From Gemmatimonadota bacterium (GTDB lineage Bacteria > Gemmatimonadota > Gemmatimonadetes > Palauibacterales > KS3-K002): DNA of 51,868 nt. The stretch covers positions 1 through 51,868 of the forward strand of contig JBDHJS010000038.1 of assembly GCA_039586795.1 (NCBI GenBank). The letters are read 5' to 3'. Below, in pieces: positions 1-9,920 of this stretch. The translations under genes were made by a program, and so were the position numbers. Numbering within the stretch: the stretch's first letter is position 1; each line of letters opens with the position of its first letter. Below the pieces are notes generated by a model. That model ran no database searches, was not told the origin of the DNA, and saw nothing but the letters and a program-made list of their open reading frames with translations.

Positions 1-768
1 CAAGGCCAACAGGTATTGGCCGCGAACGTGGACCGCCTTTGGATCGTGCAGTCCCTGGAGACCCCTCCGAATCTCAGAAGCCTGGAACGGTACCTCGCAG
101 TGGCATGGGAGAGTGGCGCCACCCCTGAGATTGTCCTGACCAAGTCGGACCTCGCCCAAGATTTGGATGCTGCGACGACGTCCGTAGGAGACGTGTCCTT
201 CGGTACACCGCTTTGGGTGGTGAGCGTAGAGGATCCAGCTGCTATCGGAGCTCTCCAGGGCAGCCTCACTGCAGGACAGACGGTGGCGCTCCTCGGACCT
301 TCCGGTGCGGGCAAGTCAACGTTGATCAATCGACTCGCTGACTCGGAACTCGCGAAGACGGGCGAGGTGAGGCCGGGAGACCGGAGGGGGCGGCACACGA
401 CGACAAGCCGACAACTCTTCCCGATCCACGATGGCGCACTTCTCCTCGACACCCCAGGCATGCGGGAGCTGAAGGTCCTCGATCTCGAGGAGGGCCTGGG
501 GCAAGCGTTTCCGGAGATCGAGGAGCTTTCTGCCGAATGCCGATTCCGCGATTGCTCGCATTCCTCGGAGCCTGGATGTGCAGTGTTGGCAGCGATGGAA
601 GAGGGCAGACTCGATCCGGATCGGTTGGCTAGCTACCGGAAACTTGAGGCTGAAGCTGCCTACGAGCGGCGGAGGGTCGATCCTCAAGCTCGGGCGGAGT
701 ATGTCGCCGAATGGAAGACCGCAATGCGGACACTCAAGTCCCATCCAAAATACAAGCGACGCGAGTAA
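1..768 (+). CDS. rsgA: Ribosome small subunit-dependent GTPase A (5' end outside window)
   Basis: Circularly permuted GTPase motifs TKSD, GPSGAGKS, GRHTTT and DTPG, plus C-terminal Zn finger CRFRDCSHSSEPGC. Frame is open to base 1. Confidence 0.9.
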   Translation, partial: QGQQVLAANVDRLWIVQSLETPPNLRSLERYLAVAWESGATPEIVLTKSDLAQDLDAATTSVGDVSFGTPLWVVSVEDPAAIGALQGSLTAGQTVALLGPSGAGKSTLINRLADSELAKTGEVRPGDRRGRHTTTSRQLFPIHDGALLLDTPGMRELKVLDLEEGLGQAFPEIEELSAECRFRDCSHSSEPGCAVLAAMEEGRLDPDRLASYRKLEAEAAYERRRVDPQARAEYVAEWKTAMRTLKSHPKYKRRE

Positions 769-790
769 CCTATAGGCCGAGGCTGTAGGA

Positions 791-1309
791 GTGATGCAAG
801 GTACCGGAAGTCCCGAAACCTCGGGAGATGTCGTGACACTGAGGACGGACTTGGAGCCGGGCGACATCGGCTACGTGGTCTATCTACACGGCATTGTCTA
901 TGCCCGAGACTACGGGTTTGACCACACCTTCGAGGCGTATGTGGCCGGCCCACTTTCGGAGTTCGCGCGCACTGCTTCGGCCCGGGAGCGACTGTGGATT
1001 GCGGAGCGAGAAGGACGCATCGTCGGCTGCATCGCTATCGTGGCTTCCTCGCCGTTGGTGGCCCAACTCCGCTGGTTCCTCGTGGATCCGAGTTCCAGAG
1101 GACAGGGTATCGGCAAGAGACTGCTGTCCGAAGCGGTGGCGTTCTGCAGGGCTTGCGGTTATCGATCTGTCATTCTCTGGACAGTGAGTGCCCTTGCTGC
1201 TGCGGCGCGTCTGTACCGCTCGGCGGGTTTCAAGAAATGTGAGGAGAAGTCTGGCAAGAAGTGGGGTGTGGAGGTAGTTGAAGAGAGATACGAGTTGACC
1301 TTGAGCTAG
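791..1309 (+). CDS. GNAT family N-acetyltransferase
   Basis: QLRWFLVDPSSRGQGIGKRLL acetyl-CoA binding motif A; AARLYRSAGF motif B. Confidence 0.85.
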   Translation: MMQGTGSPETSGDVVTLRTDLEPGDIGYVVYLHGIVYARDYGFDHTFEAYVAGPLSEFARTASARERLWIAEREGRIVGCIAIVASSPLVAQLRWFLVDPSSRGQGIGKRLLSEAVAFCRACGYRSVILWTVSALAAAARLYRSAGFKKCEEKSGKKWGVEVVEERYELTLS

Positions 1310-1314
1310 CCGCG

Positions 1315-1396
1315 GTCTTACACGCTTGTTTGCAGTAGGGGCGCGCTGGCGAACACGCAGGCAGAGGGGTCCCCGCAGGATGATTCTACGTTGAGC
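1315..1396 (+). repeat. Degenerate attC-like site
   Basis: GTCTTAC (one mismatch to RYYYAAC) followed by GTTTGCAG...GGGCGCGCT, as in the intact attCs at 45-47 kb. Ends in GTTGAGC (GTTRRRY) at 1390-1396. Confidence 0.4.
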
Positions 1397-2203
1397 AAGC
1401 CGAAGAGCGACAGCTCGTTCACAACTGAGGTGGCCGAGTTCTACGAGTCGACGCTCGTTCCCCTGATCTTCCACCCCTACGCCCGAGACCTCGCAGAGCG
1501 GGCGCGTGCTTTCGCACCGAGCTCTGTACTCGAGGTGGCTTGCGGCACCGGGGTGGTGACCCGGGCGCTGGCCGAAGCCTTGCCTGAAGAATGTGGCATC
1601 GTCGCGACCGATCTAAACGAGGCCATGGTCGCACATGGACGGAAGATCGGAACGACTCGGCCCGTGACGTGGCGTCAAGCCGATGTGATGGCTCTGCCGT
1701 ATCCGGACGCGTCGTTCGACGTTGTGGTGTGCCAGTTTTCGGTCATGTTCTTCCCAGATCGTGTCGCTGCCTATCGAGAAATTCACCGGGTTCTCCGGCC
1801 CGGGGGTGTGTTCTTGTTCAACGTGTGGAACAGCATTGACCAGAACGAGTTTGCCGACGTCGTGACGACAGCGGTGGCGACCCTCTATCCTGATGACCCT
1901 CCGCTGTTCCTGGCACGGACTCCACACGGCCACGGGTCACCAGCGGAGATCGAGGCCGATGTTCGAGAGGCGGGCTTCGAGAGCTGCGTACTCATGCAGC
2001 GCAATGAGATCTCCGTGGCAGCGGACTCCGAACTGCCGGCGGTCGCCTACTGTCAGAGTACTCCGCTACGCAACGAGATACTAGCTAGAGAGCCGGGGGG
2101 ACTCGACCGCGCGACGGCCGCTGCGTCGGAGGCCCTCCGCGCTCGCTTCGGAGACGGACAGATCGAGGGACGGATCAGTGGCGTGGTCGTGGTCGCCAGC
2201 TAA
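1391..2203 (+). CDS. Class I SAM-dependent methyltransferase
   Basis: VLEVACGTG motif I; DASFDVVVCQF; RVLRPGG. Confidence 0.85.
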   Translation: MSKPKSDSSFTTEVAEFYESTLVPLIFHPYARDLAERARAFAPSSVLEVACGTGVVTRALAEALPEECGIVATDLNEAMVAHGRKIGTTRPVTWRQADVMALPYPDASFDVVVCQFSVMFFPDRVAAYREIHRVLRPGGVFLFNVWNSIDQNEFADVVTTAVATLYPDDPPLFLARTPHGHGSPAEIEADVREAGFESCVLMQRNEISVAADSELPAVAYCQSTPLRNEILAREPGGLDRATAAASEALRARFGDGQIEGRISGVVVVAS

Positions 2204-2217
2204 CAACCGTTTGCTGC
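2198..2217 (+). repeat. attC left arm only (R'' plus L'')
   Basis: AGCTAACAACCGTTTGCTGC overlaps the stop codon and matches CCTAACAACCGTTTGCAGC at 46408. No right arm follows. Confidence 0.55.
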
Positions 2218-2284
2218 TAGGCCGCGTTCCTTTCAGAAAAGATGGGTACGCGAACTGGAGTTTCCAAAAATACCGAGGTCGCCC

Positions 2285-3574
2285 ATGATGTCGCTCAGTA
2301 CCCGCTTGCTCGCCTTCTGGCTCGTTTTGGCCCCGGTCGTCTGCGGGCCTGTATTTGCCCAGGGTCTGCCACGGGCCCAACCCGAAGACGTTGGGTTTTC
2401 ATCGGCTCGCTTGCAGCGCCTCTCCGAGGTTCTTCAGGACTACGTGAGCGATGCTAGGCTCGCTGGGGCTGTAGCTCTGGTGGCCAGCCACGGGCAGGTG
2501 GCGTACATGGAGGCCTTTGGTCATAGGGACCTGGAGTCCGGCTCTCTCATGCGCGAGGACGCGATATTTCGCATTGCCTCCCAGACCAAGGCGATCGTGA
2601 GTGTGGGAGTCATGATTCTTCAGGAGCAAGGCCTACTGCTCATCGGCGATCCGGTCGGCAAGTACCTACCGGAGTTTCGAACCACAACTGTCGCCGAGCC
2701 CAGGGAGGAAGGGGAGTACGACGTCGTAGACGCGGAATGGCCCATCACGATCCGGGACCTTCTTACCCACACGGCGGGAATCGGCTACGGCTATGGGGTC
2801 GCCCGTGACCGCTGGGCTGAGGCAGGAATCCAGGGTTGGTATTTCGCTCATCGCGATGAGGCCATCGGCGCCACAGTCGCACGCATGGCCACGCTGCCCT
2901 TCGACGCCCAACCCGGCGAGCGCTGGATCTACGGATACTCAACCGACATCTTGGGCGCCCTTGTAGAGCGCGTCTCTGGTCTCGCCCTAGACGACTTCCT
3001 ACGCACCCGAATACTCGAACCGCTCAGCATGCATGATACGCATTTCTATTTACCCGAGGCGAAGAGCGATCGCCTTGCAGTTGTGTATTCCGCAAATGCG
3101 CAAGGCGGTCTTGAGCGCGCGCCCGACCCCGGTGACATGGTGGGCCAGGGCGCCTACGTCGAAGGACCCCGGAAGAGCTTCTCAGGCGGCGCCGGCCTCC
3201 TCTCAACGGCCAGCGACTACGCGCGATTCCTTCAGATGCTCTTGAACGGAGGGGAGCTCGACGGTGTGCGGATCCTTTCCCGAAAGACAGTACAGCTAAT
3301 GACCGTAGATCATCTCGGCGAACTGCAGTTCTCAGACGGTGTCGGCTTTGGTCTCGGTTTCTATGTCGTGGAAGATCTTGGCGCCAGAGGATTGCCTGGT
3401 TCGATAGGGGAGTATGGCTGGGGCGGGGCTTACCACTCGACTTACTGGGTGGACCCACAGGAGCAACTCGTGGTCGTCTACCTTACGCAGCTCATCCCCG
3501 CTACCCAACTCGACGACCACGGCAAGCTTCGGACCCTGGTCTATCAAGCGCTCATCGACGAAGACCGACGCTAG
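2285..3574 (+). CDS. Exported serine hydrolase, beta-lactamase class C / esterase VIII family
   Basis: Signal peptide; FRIASQTK (SxxK); LLTHTAG; WIYGYS; YGWGG. Confidence 0.88.
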   Translation: MMSLSTRLLAFWLVLAPVVCGPVFAQGLPRAQPEDVGFSSARLQRLSEVLQDYVSDARLAGAVALVASHGQVAYMEAFGHRDLESGSLMREDAIFRIASQTKAIVSVGVMILQEQGLLLIGDPVGKYLPEFRTTTVAEPREEGEYDVVDAEWPITIRDLLTHTAGIGYGYGVARDRWAEAGIQGWYFAHRDEAIGATVARMATLPFDAQPGERWIYGYSTDILGALVERVSGLALDDFLRTRILEPLSMHDTHFYLPEAKSDRLAVVYSANAQGGLERAPDPGDMVGQGAYVEGPRKSFSGGAGLLSTASDYARFLQMLLNGGELDGVRILSRKTVQLMTVDHLGELQFSDGVGFGLGFYVVEDLGARGLPGSIGEYGWGGAYHSTYWVDPQEQLVVVYLTQLIPATQLDDHGKLRTLVYQALIDEDRR

Positions 3575-3587
3575 GATGGCGAGTCTA

Positions 3588-3616
3588 GGCGCCGCTGAAA
3601 CGAGGAACCGTTAGGC
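3588..3616 (+). repeat. attC right arm only (L' plus R')
   Basis: GGCGCCGCTGAAACGAGGAACCGTTAGGC is nearly identical to the right arms of the attCs ending at 45712, 46521 and 47387. Confidence 0.75.
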
Positions 3617-3649
3617 GGCCACTCCGTAACCTGGAATCGGAGCCACGAC

Positions 3650-4495
3650 GTGTTTGACGAACTGGAGGGCATCAATGCCCGCCCCAGACCATTCGAGTTC
3701 TACACCGCTCGCGAGCTATGGACGAATCAGCATACGTCAGAGCGTATGCTCGCGTTCCATCTCGACAAGAACATCGATGTATCCTCGCGCCGACTGGATT
3801 TCATCGACCGCTCCGTTGAATGGATCGCCGCTCACTTCAACCTCGGTGCGAATACAAGGATTATCGACTTCGGCTGTGGCCCAGGATTGTACGCAGAGAG
3901 GCTCGCTCAGGGGCACGCCACGGTGACCGGCGTCGACTTCTCGAAGCGTTCAATCGAGTACGCCCGAGACGTTGCCGCCAGGAAGGGCCTGAACATCCAC
4001 TATGTGAATCAGGATTACCTAGAGTTTGAAACAACTGACTTGTTCGATCTCATTCTGATGATCATGTGTGACTTCTGCGCCCTCAGTCCAACTCAGCGCA
4101 AAGCGATGCTCAGGAAGTATCTCGGTATGCTCAAACCTGGCGGTGCGGTTCTCCTTGACGTGTATTCAATGACAGCCTTTGACCAGCGCCAAGAGACCGC
4201 GAAGTACGAGGTCAATCTGCTTGATGGCTTCTGGTCTCCTGACAAGTACTACGGGTTCTTGAACACGTTCAAGTATGAAGAAGAAAGCGTGGTGCTTGAC
4301 AAGTACACGCTGGTCGAACGGTCAGGTACGCGCACAGTTTACAACTGGCTGCAATACTTCAGCGCGGACGGACTGGAGAGAGAGTTCGTTGAAGAGGGAT
4401 TGGCAATTGAGGCGTTCTACGCCGACGTGGCGGGTTCGCCGTTCGACGCGGACGGCACCGAGTTCGCCGTGGTAGCCAGGAAGGTGGCCGCCTGA
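3650..4495 (+). CDS. Class I SAM-dependent methyltransferase (gene cassette)
   Basis: IIDFGCGPG motif I; GVDFS. Bounded by GTTAGGCGGCCAC (3610) and the near-complement GTGGCCGCCTGAC (4484-4496). Confidence 0.85.
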   Translation: MFDELEGINARPRPFEFYTARELWTNQHTSERMLAFHLDKNIDVSSRRLDFIDRSVEWIAAHFNLGANTRIIDFGCGPGLYAERLAQGHATVTGVDFSKRSIEYARDVAARKGLNIHYVNQDYLEFETTDLFDLILMIMCDFCALSPTQRKAMLRKYLGMLKPGGAVLLDVYSMTAFDQRQETAKYEVNLLDGFWSPDKYYGFLNTFKYEEESVVLDKYTLVERSGTRTVYNWLQYFSADGLEREFVEEGLAIEAFYADVAGSPFDADGTEFAVVARKVAA

Positions 4496-4524
4496 CAAGC
4501 GTTGCTGCGGACGCGCTATGTATC
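4490..4524 (+). repeat. attC left arm, truncated by the convergent gene
   Basis: GCCTGACAAGCGTTGCTGCGGACGCGCTATGTATC resembles ATCTAACAATCGTTTGCAGCGGGCGCGCTATGTATC at 45598. Confidence 0.6.
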
Positions 4525-5103
4525 GGGTTGGCCGCGCGCCGCCTTCCGAAACAACACGGCCGATCCAACGAATAGAGCAACGAAGAATCCGTTGGCGGTT
4601 ACGATCTCCAGTAGCCCGCTATGAGGGGAACCGAACCGCCCGACCAGCGCGATCACGGCAACCAACGTCTGAGCGAGGGCCATCGCGAACAACGCACGGG
4701 CCATCCCTTCGGGTTTGAGTCGCGCGATTATGGCGCCGATCACTCCGACGATGAGCACGCCGCCATACATCAGGTTGGCGCGGTTATCCTCGGACCCTAT
4801 GAGGCCGACGGCAGCGTTCACCCAGCCGAGGAGCAACGCTGCTACGAGCGCAAGTCCGATGGCGGTTCGGTAAGCGGCTTTACCGGTCTTCCTTGATGCC
4901 AGTTCAACGGCAATACCAACTCCGATGAGCAGGGCCCCGGTCTGAGCGAGAGTGTCCACCCAGCCGCCTTCACCGACGAACTGCCTCGCCACGAGGGCCG
5001 CCAGCAGCATGAGCGCTCCTACGGCCCAGCCGACTGGCCTCCAGCGGCTCCAGCGCCGTCCGCGGCTGGGACGCTTCGCGCGCGGCCCGACAAGGACGCG
5101 CAC
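4516..5103 (-). CDS. Hypothetical integral membrane protein
   Basis: About 6 hydrophobic segments; WVNAAVGLIGSEDNRANLMY segment looks conserved. Start uncertain. Confidence 0.7.
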   Translation of the reverse strand: MRVLVGPRAKRPSRGRRWSRWRPVGWAVGALMLLAALVARQFVGEGGWVDTLAQTGALLIGVGIAVELASRKTGKAAYRTAIGLALVAALLLGWVNAAVGLIGSEDNRANLMYGGVLIVGVIGAIIARLKPEGMARALFAMALAQTLVAVIALVGRFGSPHSGLLEIVTANGFFVALFVGSAVLFRKAARGQPDT

Positions 5104-5589
5104 CTGTCCAGGTAAGCGTCCCTGATCCGAGTCGATCGACTTGCGTCTCGCGATTCAGTGCGATTATGCTGATCCCGGCCGGTGAAGCCGATCGCCGCCA
5201 GGCGAGTGTCCAGTGATGGTCGGATCTCACGCACGAGGCGCCACGGCGAACCAACATTTGGTGTGAAGGTCGCGCCGGACGCGGCGTAACGAGGGTGCTG
5301 TATAGATGCTCCTGCGACGTCGATAGTAAGTTGCGGCGCTGCTCAGACGGAGAATCGCCGGGAGGTGAGGCCAGGTCGCAGTGAGTAACCCACATACCGA
5401 AGATATCGTCTTTGACAATCTGGACATTCAGGACCGCTTCTTCGGAGCCTTTGAGGTCGTCTCGATATCTCCGGCTGCGCCCTACGATTGTCCGGTCGGC
5501 GGCTTCAGCACCCAGACGTGGCACTACGGCACAACCGTCATCAAGACTCCGCATTCTGTGTTGTCACCCATGCGGGCATTGGAGGGGCA

Positions 5590-6063
5590 ATGAATCTCGT
5601 CGCAACGGGAGTCGTAGCCGGAGTGTTGGGGACGTTGGCGATGGATTCGTTGAACAATCTCTTTGCCCGAGCCGGGATGCTTTCGAAAATAGACGTGGGG
5701 ATGATCGGACGGATGGCCGTGGGCTGGGCACACGGGCGATTCCGTTACGGACATCCAAGCGAGATAGAACCAGTCGCAAACGAGAGGTTCTACGGTCATG
5801 CGGCGCACTACACCATCGGTGTGGTTCTCGCGATCCCTTTCGTACTCGGTTGGGACCTGCTGGTGGGAGGGCCCGCAGCACCGGGCTGGGCCGTTGCCTA
5901 TGGCGTCGCGACCACCGTAGCCTCAAACTTCCTCGTCTTCCCTTCCATGGGGTTGGGAGTCTTTGGTAGGCGCTCGCCAGACGGCATCAAGGCTCCCCTT
6001 TCCAGCCTGGCCAACCACCTGTTCTATGGTGTCGGTCTCGCGGTCGGGGTCGCCTTGGCATGA
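5590..6063 (+). CDS. DUF2938-like membrane protein
   Basis: GVLGTLAMD, MIGRM, HYTIG, FPSMGLG, LANHLFYG pattern; RBS GGAGG before ATG 5590. Confidence 0.75.
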   Translation: MNLVATGVVAGVLGTLAMDSLNNLFARAGMLSKIDVGMIGRMAVGWAHGRFRYGHPSEIEPVANERFYGHAAHYTIGVVLAIPFVLGWDLLVGGPAAPGWAVAYGVATTVASNFLVFPSMGLGVFGRRSPDGIKAPLSSLANHLFYGVGLAVGVALA

Positions 6064-6174
6064 AGACTGAGGATGGCAGAACGCGCAGGGCGGATGATAG
6101 ACGGGCGCGATCGGCGCCGCGCAATTGAAACGCACGACGATTTGGTTGTGCCCTGCGAGAGGGGGTGGGCGAAA

Positions 6175-6690
6175 TTGCAGTGGGAAGCATTAGCAGCGAT
6201 CGCTGAGCTTCTCGGGGCCGTTGCGGTCGTCGCATCTCTTCTGTACCTGGCCATCCAGGTGCGTCAGAACACGCGGCAGGCTCGTCTGGCAGCTCAGCAA
6301 GCGACCGTGCACGAGTTGGGTCACGCATTGCGGGCGCAGGCTCAGGATCGGGAATGGGCGACACTGCTTTCACGAGCCCTCAACGGACTCGATGACCTCG
6401 ATACTGTTGAGCGAGTCCAATTCCTTAGCCATGTGGGCAGTATTTTCAGGCTCTACGAATCGGCCTACCTGCACTTCCAGGACGGTACCCTGGATCCTCG
6501 TTTCTGGCGTGGTTTTGAGAGGGCGATTGCCGACGTCATCGGATACCCAGGCATCCAGGCCGCTCTCGCCCTTCGGAGACACCACCTCACCGACGAGTTC
6601 GCCGGGCACCTGGACCATCTCGCCGCGACAACATCACCGCGGCCGATCTTTGCCGAACCGGAAGGTGAGACCGGCCCGGTCACTACATAA
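6175..6690 (+). CDS. Hypothetical protein with N-terminal membrane anchor
   Basis: N-terminus WEALAAIAELLGAVAVVASLLYLAIQVRQNT is typical of a widespread accessory family. TTG start at 6175 inferred. Confidence 0.7.
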   Translation: MQWEALAAIAELLGAVAVVASLLYLAIQVRQNTRQARLAAQQATVHELGHALRAQAQDREWATLLSRALNGLDDLDTVERVQFLSHVGSIFRLYESAYLHFQDGTLDPRFWRGFERAIADVIGYPGIQAALALRRHHLTDEFAGHLDHLAATTSPRPIFAEPEGETGPVTT

Positions 6691-6867
6691 GAGGAAGCGT
6701 CAATCTTCGGATTTGGGGATCGGGTTCTCTTTGGTTCCGATGGGAGCCTAGAAGAGGGGATCGACGCGATCCTCGAGGTGGACTTCCTCACGGACCAGCA
6801 GAGACGGGACATCCTATGCAAAAACGCGGCGCGGTTTCTACGGCTCGACGAGCAGACTTGCCGGTAG
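6691..6867 (+). pseudogene. 3' remnant of an amidohydrolase_2-family gene
   Basis: Start-less frame GFGDRVLFGSD...DFLTDQQRRDILCKNAARFLRL directly after the stop at 6690. Confidence 0.7.
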
Positions 6868-7394
6868 GCGATACCGCAACTACAAGATCGGCTCTAGGGA
6901 AGAGCCTGTATAGAACGACGGTTGTGGTCCTGTTCGCCACTGGATGCAGCGGCGGGGAGAGAACGGGCGCGGACGGATCACAAGAATGGACCGTGGATCA
7001 ACGGTCATGGAACATGGGCACGTTTGCGGCCATGTCGGAGATGGTCGATTACGGGGTCAAGAGACTGGCATTGAGTGCGCCTCTACCTCCCGACGAGATG
7101 GATCGAGTCGTCGATGATGCGATCCGCATCGCCGGGGAGCACAATGTCGAGGTGTACCGAGAGACCGACTTCCTGGTCACCGACCTGTTTTCGGCCGAGC
7201 TCACGGAAGGAAAGCACGTACTGCTCTTGTGCCACGCGTCCACGTTCGAGGAATACCAGGCGATCAAGGCCGACAAGAAACGGCTCGAGGAGCTGGGCGA
7301 GTACCGTGGAGAGGCGCGGACCGAAATCGCGCGTCGGTTCGGCAGACTACTGAGCTATCCTGATTCGACTATCGAGCGGCTACTGGCCCGTTAA
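6816..7394 (+). CDS. Hypothetical lipoprotein (true start probably near 6900)
   Basis: VVVLFATGC lipobox-like sequence followed by a globular domain with host-like codon usage. The 5' part overlaps the amidohydrolase remnant. Confidence 0.6.
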   Translation: MQKRGAVSTARRADLPVGDTATTRSALGKSLYRTTVVVLFATGCSGGERTGADGSQEWTVDQRSWNMGTFAAMSEMVDYGVKRLALSAPLPPDEMDRVVDDAIRIAGEHNVEVYRETDFLVTDLFSAELTEGKHVLLLCHASTFEEYQAIKADKKRLEELGEYRGEARTEIARRFGRLLSYPDSTIERLLAR

Positions 7395-7409
7395 GTATTG
7401 GAGGAAAAC

Positions 7410-8375
7410 GTGAACAAGATCCGATTCGAAAGTTTCACAGCGTCGCAATGGACTGTAAGGCCTTGCTCGATGTTCGTGGTGTTGTATTTGCTGACCGCGC
7501 TGGTCTTCCCGGTGACGGCGAGCGGTCAGGAGGAGGGCCCGATGCGGATCCTCCTCACCAACGACGATGGGATCGAAAAGGTGGAAGAGCGTGTGTATCC
7601 GCTCGCGCAGCAGTTACGGCGGTTCGCCGAGGTCTACATCGTCGTGTCGAACCAAGATCGAAGCGGGACCACGCACATCATGAGCCTAAACCGCAAAATG
7701 ACGCTCGAGTCAAGGCTCGAGCACATCTCGGAGGCGGGCAACGGGCTGCACAGGTTGGAAATCCACGTGGTCGATGGATACCCAGCCGACTGCGTGGCCG
7801 TCGGCGTCGGCGGGATCATGGTTGAGGATCCACCTGACCTGGTCATCTCGGGTCCGAACGGCGGGGCCAATCTGGCGGATGCGTGGCTCGGCTCTGGAAC
7901 GATCGGTGCCGCGCGGGCGGCCGCGTATATGGGAGTTCCGGCGCTTGCCGTTTCCGGGCTCGATGACGATTCGCCGGAACAGGTCGATGCTCTTTCGCGG
8001 TGGGTGGCCGAGCTAGCGCAGAGCGAGATCGTCAGGTCACTCCCGGAGCAAACGTATCTCACCGTCGGTTTGCCCCAACTTCCGCCATCTCAGATAGCGG
8101 GTGTCCGGGTAGCTCGCCGTGCCCGTCTGGTCGACGCTATGTCGCTCGAGCGTCTGGGCGAAATCCGTGATCCAGAGGGTGGCGATGAAGTCACTTCAGT
8201 TTGGGCCATCCAGTACGGCGAGCTGACATCGATGCCAGCCGCCGATTCGGACGTAGTCTTGTACTCTCAGAACTATATCGTCATTACACCGATGCGCGCC
8301 GACGAGCATGATTCCCGTCTCTTGGATCAGCTGAGCAAGGATCTCAGTCGTCTGCCATCGTGGCCGCCCAAGTAG
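7410..8375 (+). CDS. surE: SurE-like 5'/3'-nucleotidase with export signal
   Basis: MRILLTNDDG, GYPADC, DLVISGPNGGAN, SGTIGAA motifs, preceded by a hydrophobic signal-like segment. Confidence 0.8.
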   Translation: MNKIRFESFTASQWTVRPCSMFVVLYLLTALVFPVTASGQEEGPMRILLTNDDGIEKVEERVYPLAQQLRRFAEVYIVVSNQDRSGTTHIMSLNRKMTLESRLEHISEAGNGLHRLEIHVVDGYPADCVAVGVGGIMVEDPPDLVISGPNGGANLADAWLGSGTIGAARAAAYMGVPALAVSGLDDDSPEQVDALSRWVAELAQSEIVRSLPEQTYLTVGLPQLPPSQIAGVRVARRARLVDAMSLERLGEIRDPEGGDEVTSVWAIQYGELTSMPAADSDVVLYSQNYIVITPMRADEHDSRLLDQLSKDLSRLPSWPPK

Positions 8376-8410
8376 TAGAACCGTTTGTGCCTGCGAGGCC
8401 GTGGCCTGTT

Positions 8411-9100
8411 TCAGAACGATACGTCGAGTCGGAGCCCGACGCCTGCACCCGGTGAGTACGTCGGGGTAATCGATAATGATGAGTTGACCGTCTCGTTGTA
8501 GTGACGGACGGCGCCCGGCACTCGGCCAATGTCGGCGATCGCTTCGATCACCAACAACCCACAACCGGCCAATCCGACCATCACGGCCGCGAAGGCTCCC
8601 GCGTAGACGTCGTCTTCTCCGACCTCTTTCCCGGCGCGGTAGGCTATCGCCGCGGTGCTGGTGATAATTCCGAAGCGCTGCGGCAGACTTCCTAATTCAC
8701 CGATGTAGAAGTGGCCGAGTGACGGCCCGATTAGCAGGCCGCCGGCGATCAGCAAGACCGGCAGCAAGGGGTTCGGGGCCGCGTAATACTCGCGATAGAG
8801 ATCTCCGTTGGCACCATATTCCCGGACAAGCTGGTCACCCCGAGTCGCCCAGACGAGAAGCCCCGCAGCTGTGGGTACGAGGGTGCCGAAGAGGGAAAGC
8901 GTGAGAGCTATGTCCTCTGATTTGGTGGCTGGCCGCATGTCAGGCTGGGACACGGTCACGTCCTGAAGCGCTGGGCTGTCTGAGAAGGTCAGCGGGTTGG
9001 CCGGGACCAGGACGATCTGTGCGGAGCCAGCGTCTGGCAGGGTCATTAGACCCACGAGGATGGCGAGGATGCTGAGGCTGGCTGATCGAGAGCTTGGCAT
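8411..9100 (-). CDS. Hypothetical exported/membrane protein
   Basis: Signal peptide, LIGPSLGHFY segment, C-terminal GVGLRLDVSF; RBS GGGGA upstream. Confidence 0.65.
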   Translation of the reverse strand: MPSSRSASLSILAILVGLMTLPDAGSAQIVLVPANPLTFSDSPALQDVTVSQPDMRPATKSEDIALTLSLFGTLVPTAAGLLVWATRGDQLVREYGANGDLYREYYAAPNPLLPVLLIAGGLLIGPSLGHFYIGELGSLPQRFGIITSTAAIAYRAGKEVGEDDVYAGAFAAVMVGLAGCGLLVIEAIADIGRVPGAVRHYNETVNSSLSITPTYSPGAGVGLRLDVSF

Positions 9101-9215
9101 CGGGTCCCCCTTTCGTTGTGTGCTGCCGATCCAGCTTTGCGTGACTCCATCAAGCGGGAGTCAAGGGAGGGCCGACGTTTGCCACGGGCGGCGGCTCTGC
9201 CGATCTTCTGAGACT

Positions 9216-9920
9216 ATGAGCAAGCGGCGATACACGGACGAGGAAGTGACGGCGATCTTCGAGCGAGCCGTCGAGGCGCAGCGGGCCGCCCGGCGCCGGC
9301 TCGCCTCGGGGGAGGGGCCGACGCTGGCCGAGCTTCAGGAGATCGGCAGCGAGGTAGGCCTGCCGCCCGAGCTGGTGGCGCAAGCGGCACGGTCGTTGGA
9401 GCGGGCGGGGCGGCCGACGTCCCGGCGGTACCTGGGGCTGACGATCGGTGTGGGCGAGACGCTGGAGCTCGAGCGGCAACTTTCCGATCGAGAATGGGAG
9501 CGCCTGGTGGTGGATCTGCGGGAAACGTTCGACGCCCGCGGGTCGGTGAAGTACGATGGCCCATTCCGTCAATGGACGAACGGTAACCTGCAGGCGCTGG
9601 TCGAGCCGACGGAATCCGGGCACCGTGTAAGATTGCAGACGGTGAAGGGTGCTGCCCGAGGATTCATGACGGCGGGGCTCGCGTCTCTGGGCGGCGCAGC
9701 GGCGATGGTGATTGCCGTGGCCGTCGGGTCTGGCGACTCTAGCTCGCTAGTCGGGGCCGCTTTCTTGTCGGCGATGGGGCTTGGCGTGTTCGCGATGGGC
9801 GCGCTTCGTCTGCCGGGTTGGGCGCGGCTGCGTCGGCGGCAGATGGGGGACGTGCTCAAGCGGCTGGCGCTGGCTGCGCAGTCGCCGGCAGAGGACGCAG
9901 TAAACGCTGACGAAAGTTGA
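9216..9920 (+). CDS. Hypothetical protein with C-terminal TM pair
   Basis: RRYTDEEVTAIFERA...LAELQEIGSEVGL N-terminus and two hydrophobic helices near the C-terminus. Confidence 0.75.
   Translation: MSKRRYTDEEVTAIFERAVEAQRAARRRLASGEGPTLAELQEIGSEVGLPPELVAQAARSLERAGRPTSRRYLGLTIGVGETLELERQLSDREWERLVVDLRETFDARGSVKYDGPFRQWTNGNLQALVEPTESGHRVRLQTVKGAARGFMTAGLASLGGAAAMVIAVAVGSGDSSSLVGAAFLSAMGLGVFAMGALRLPGWARLRRRQMGDVLKRLALAAQSPAEDAVNADES

Noticed and set aside
2285..3574. Antibiotic-resistance beta-lactamase inserted into a single attC
   Set aside because: Motifs fit the broad esterase/serine hydrolase family. The flanking left arm (TTTGCTGC) is not complementary to the right arm (GCTGAAA), so they come from different attCs.
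5381..5593. 70-aa ORF upstream of the DUF2938-like gene
   Set aside because: No recognisable motif. It could be real or a remnant, but cannot be supported.
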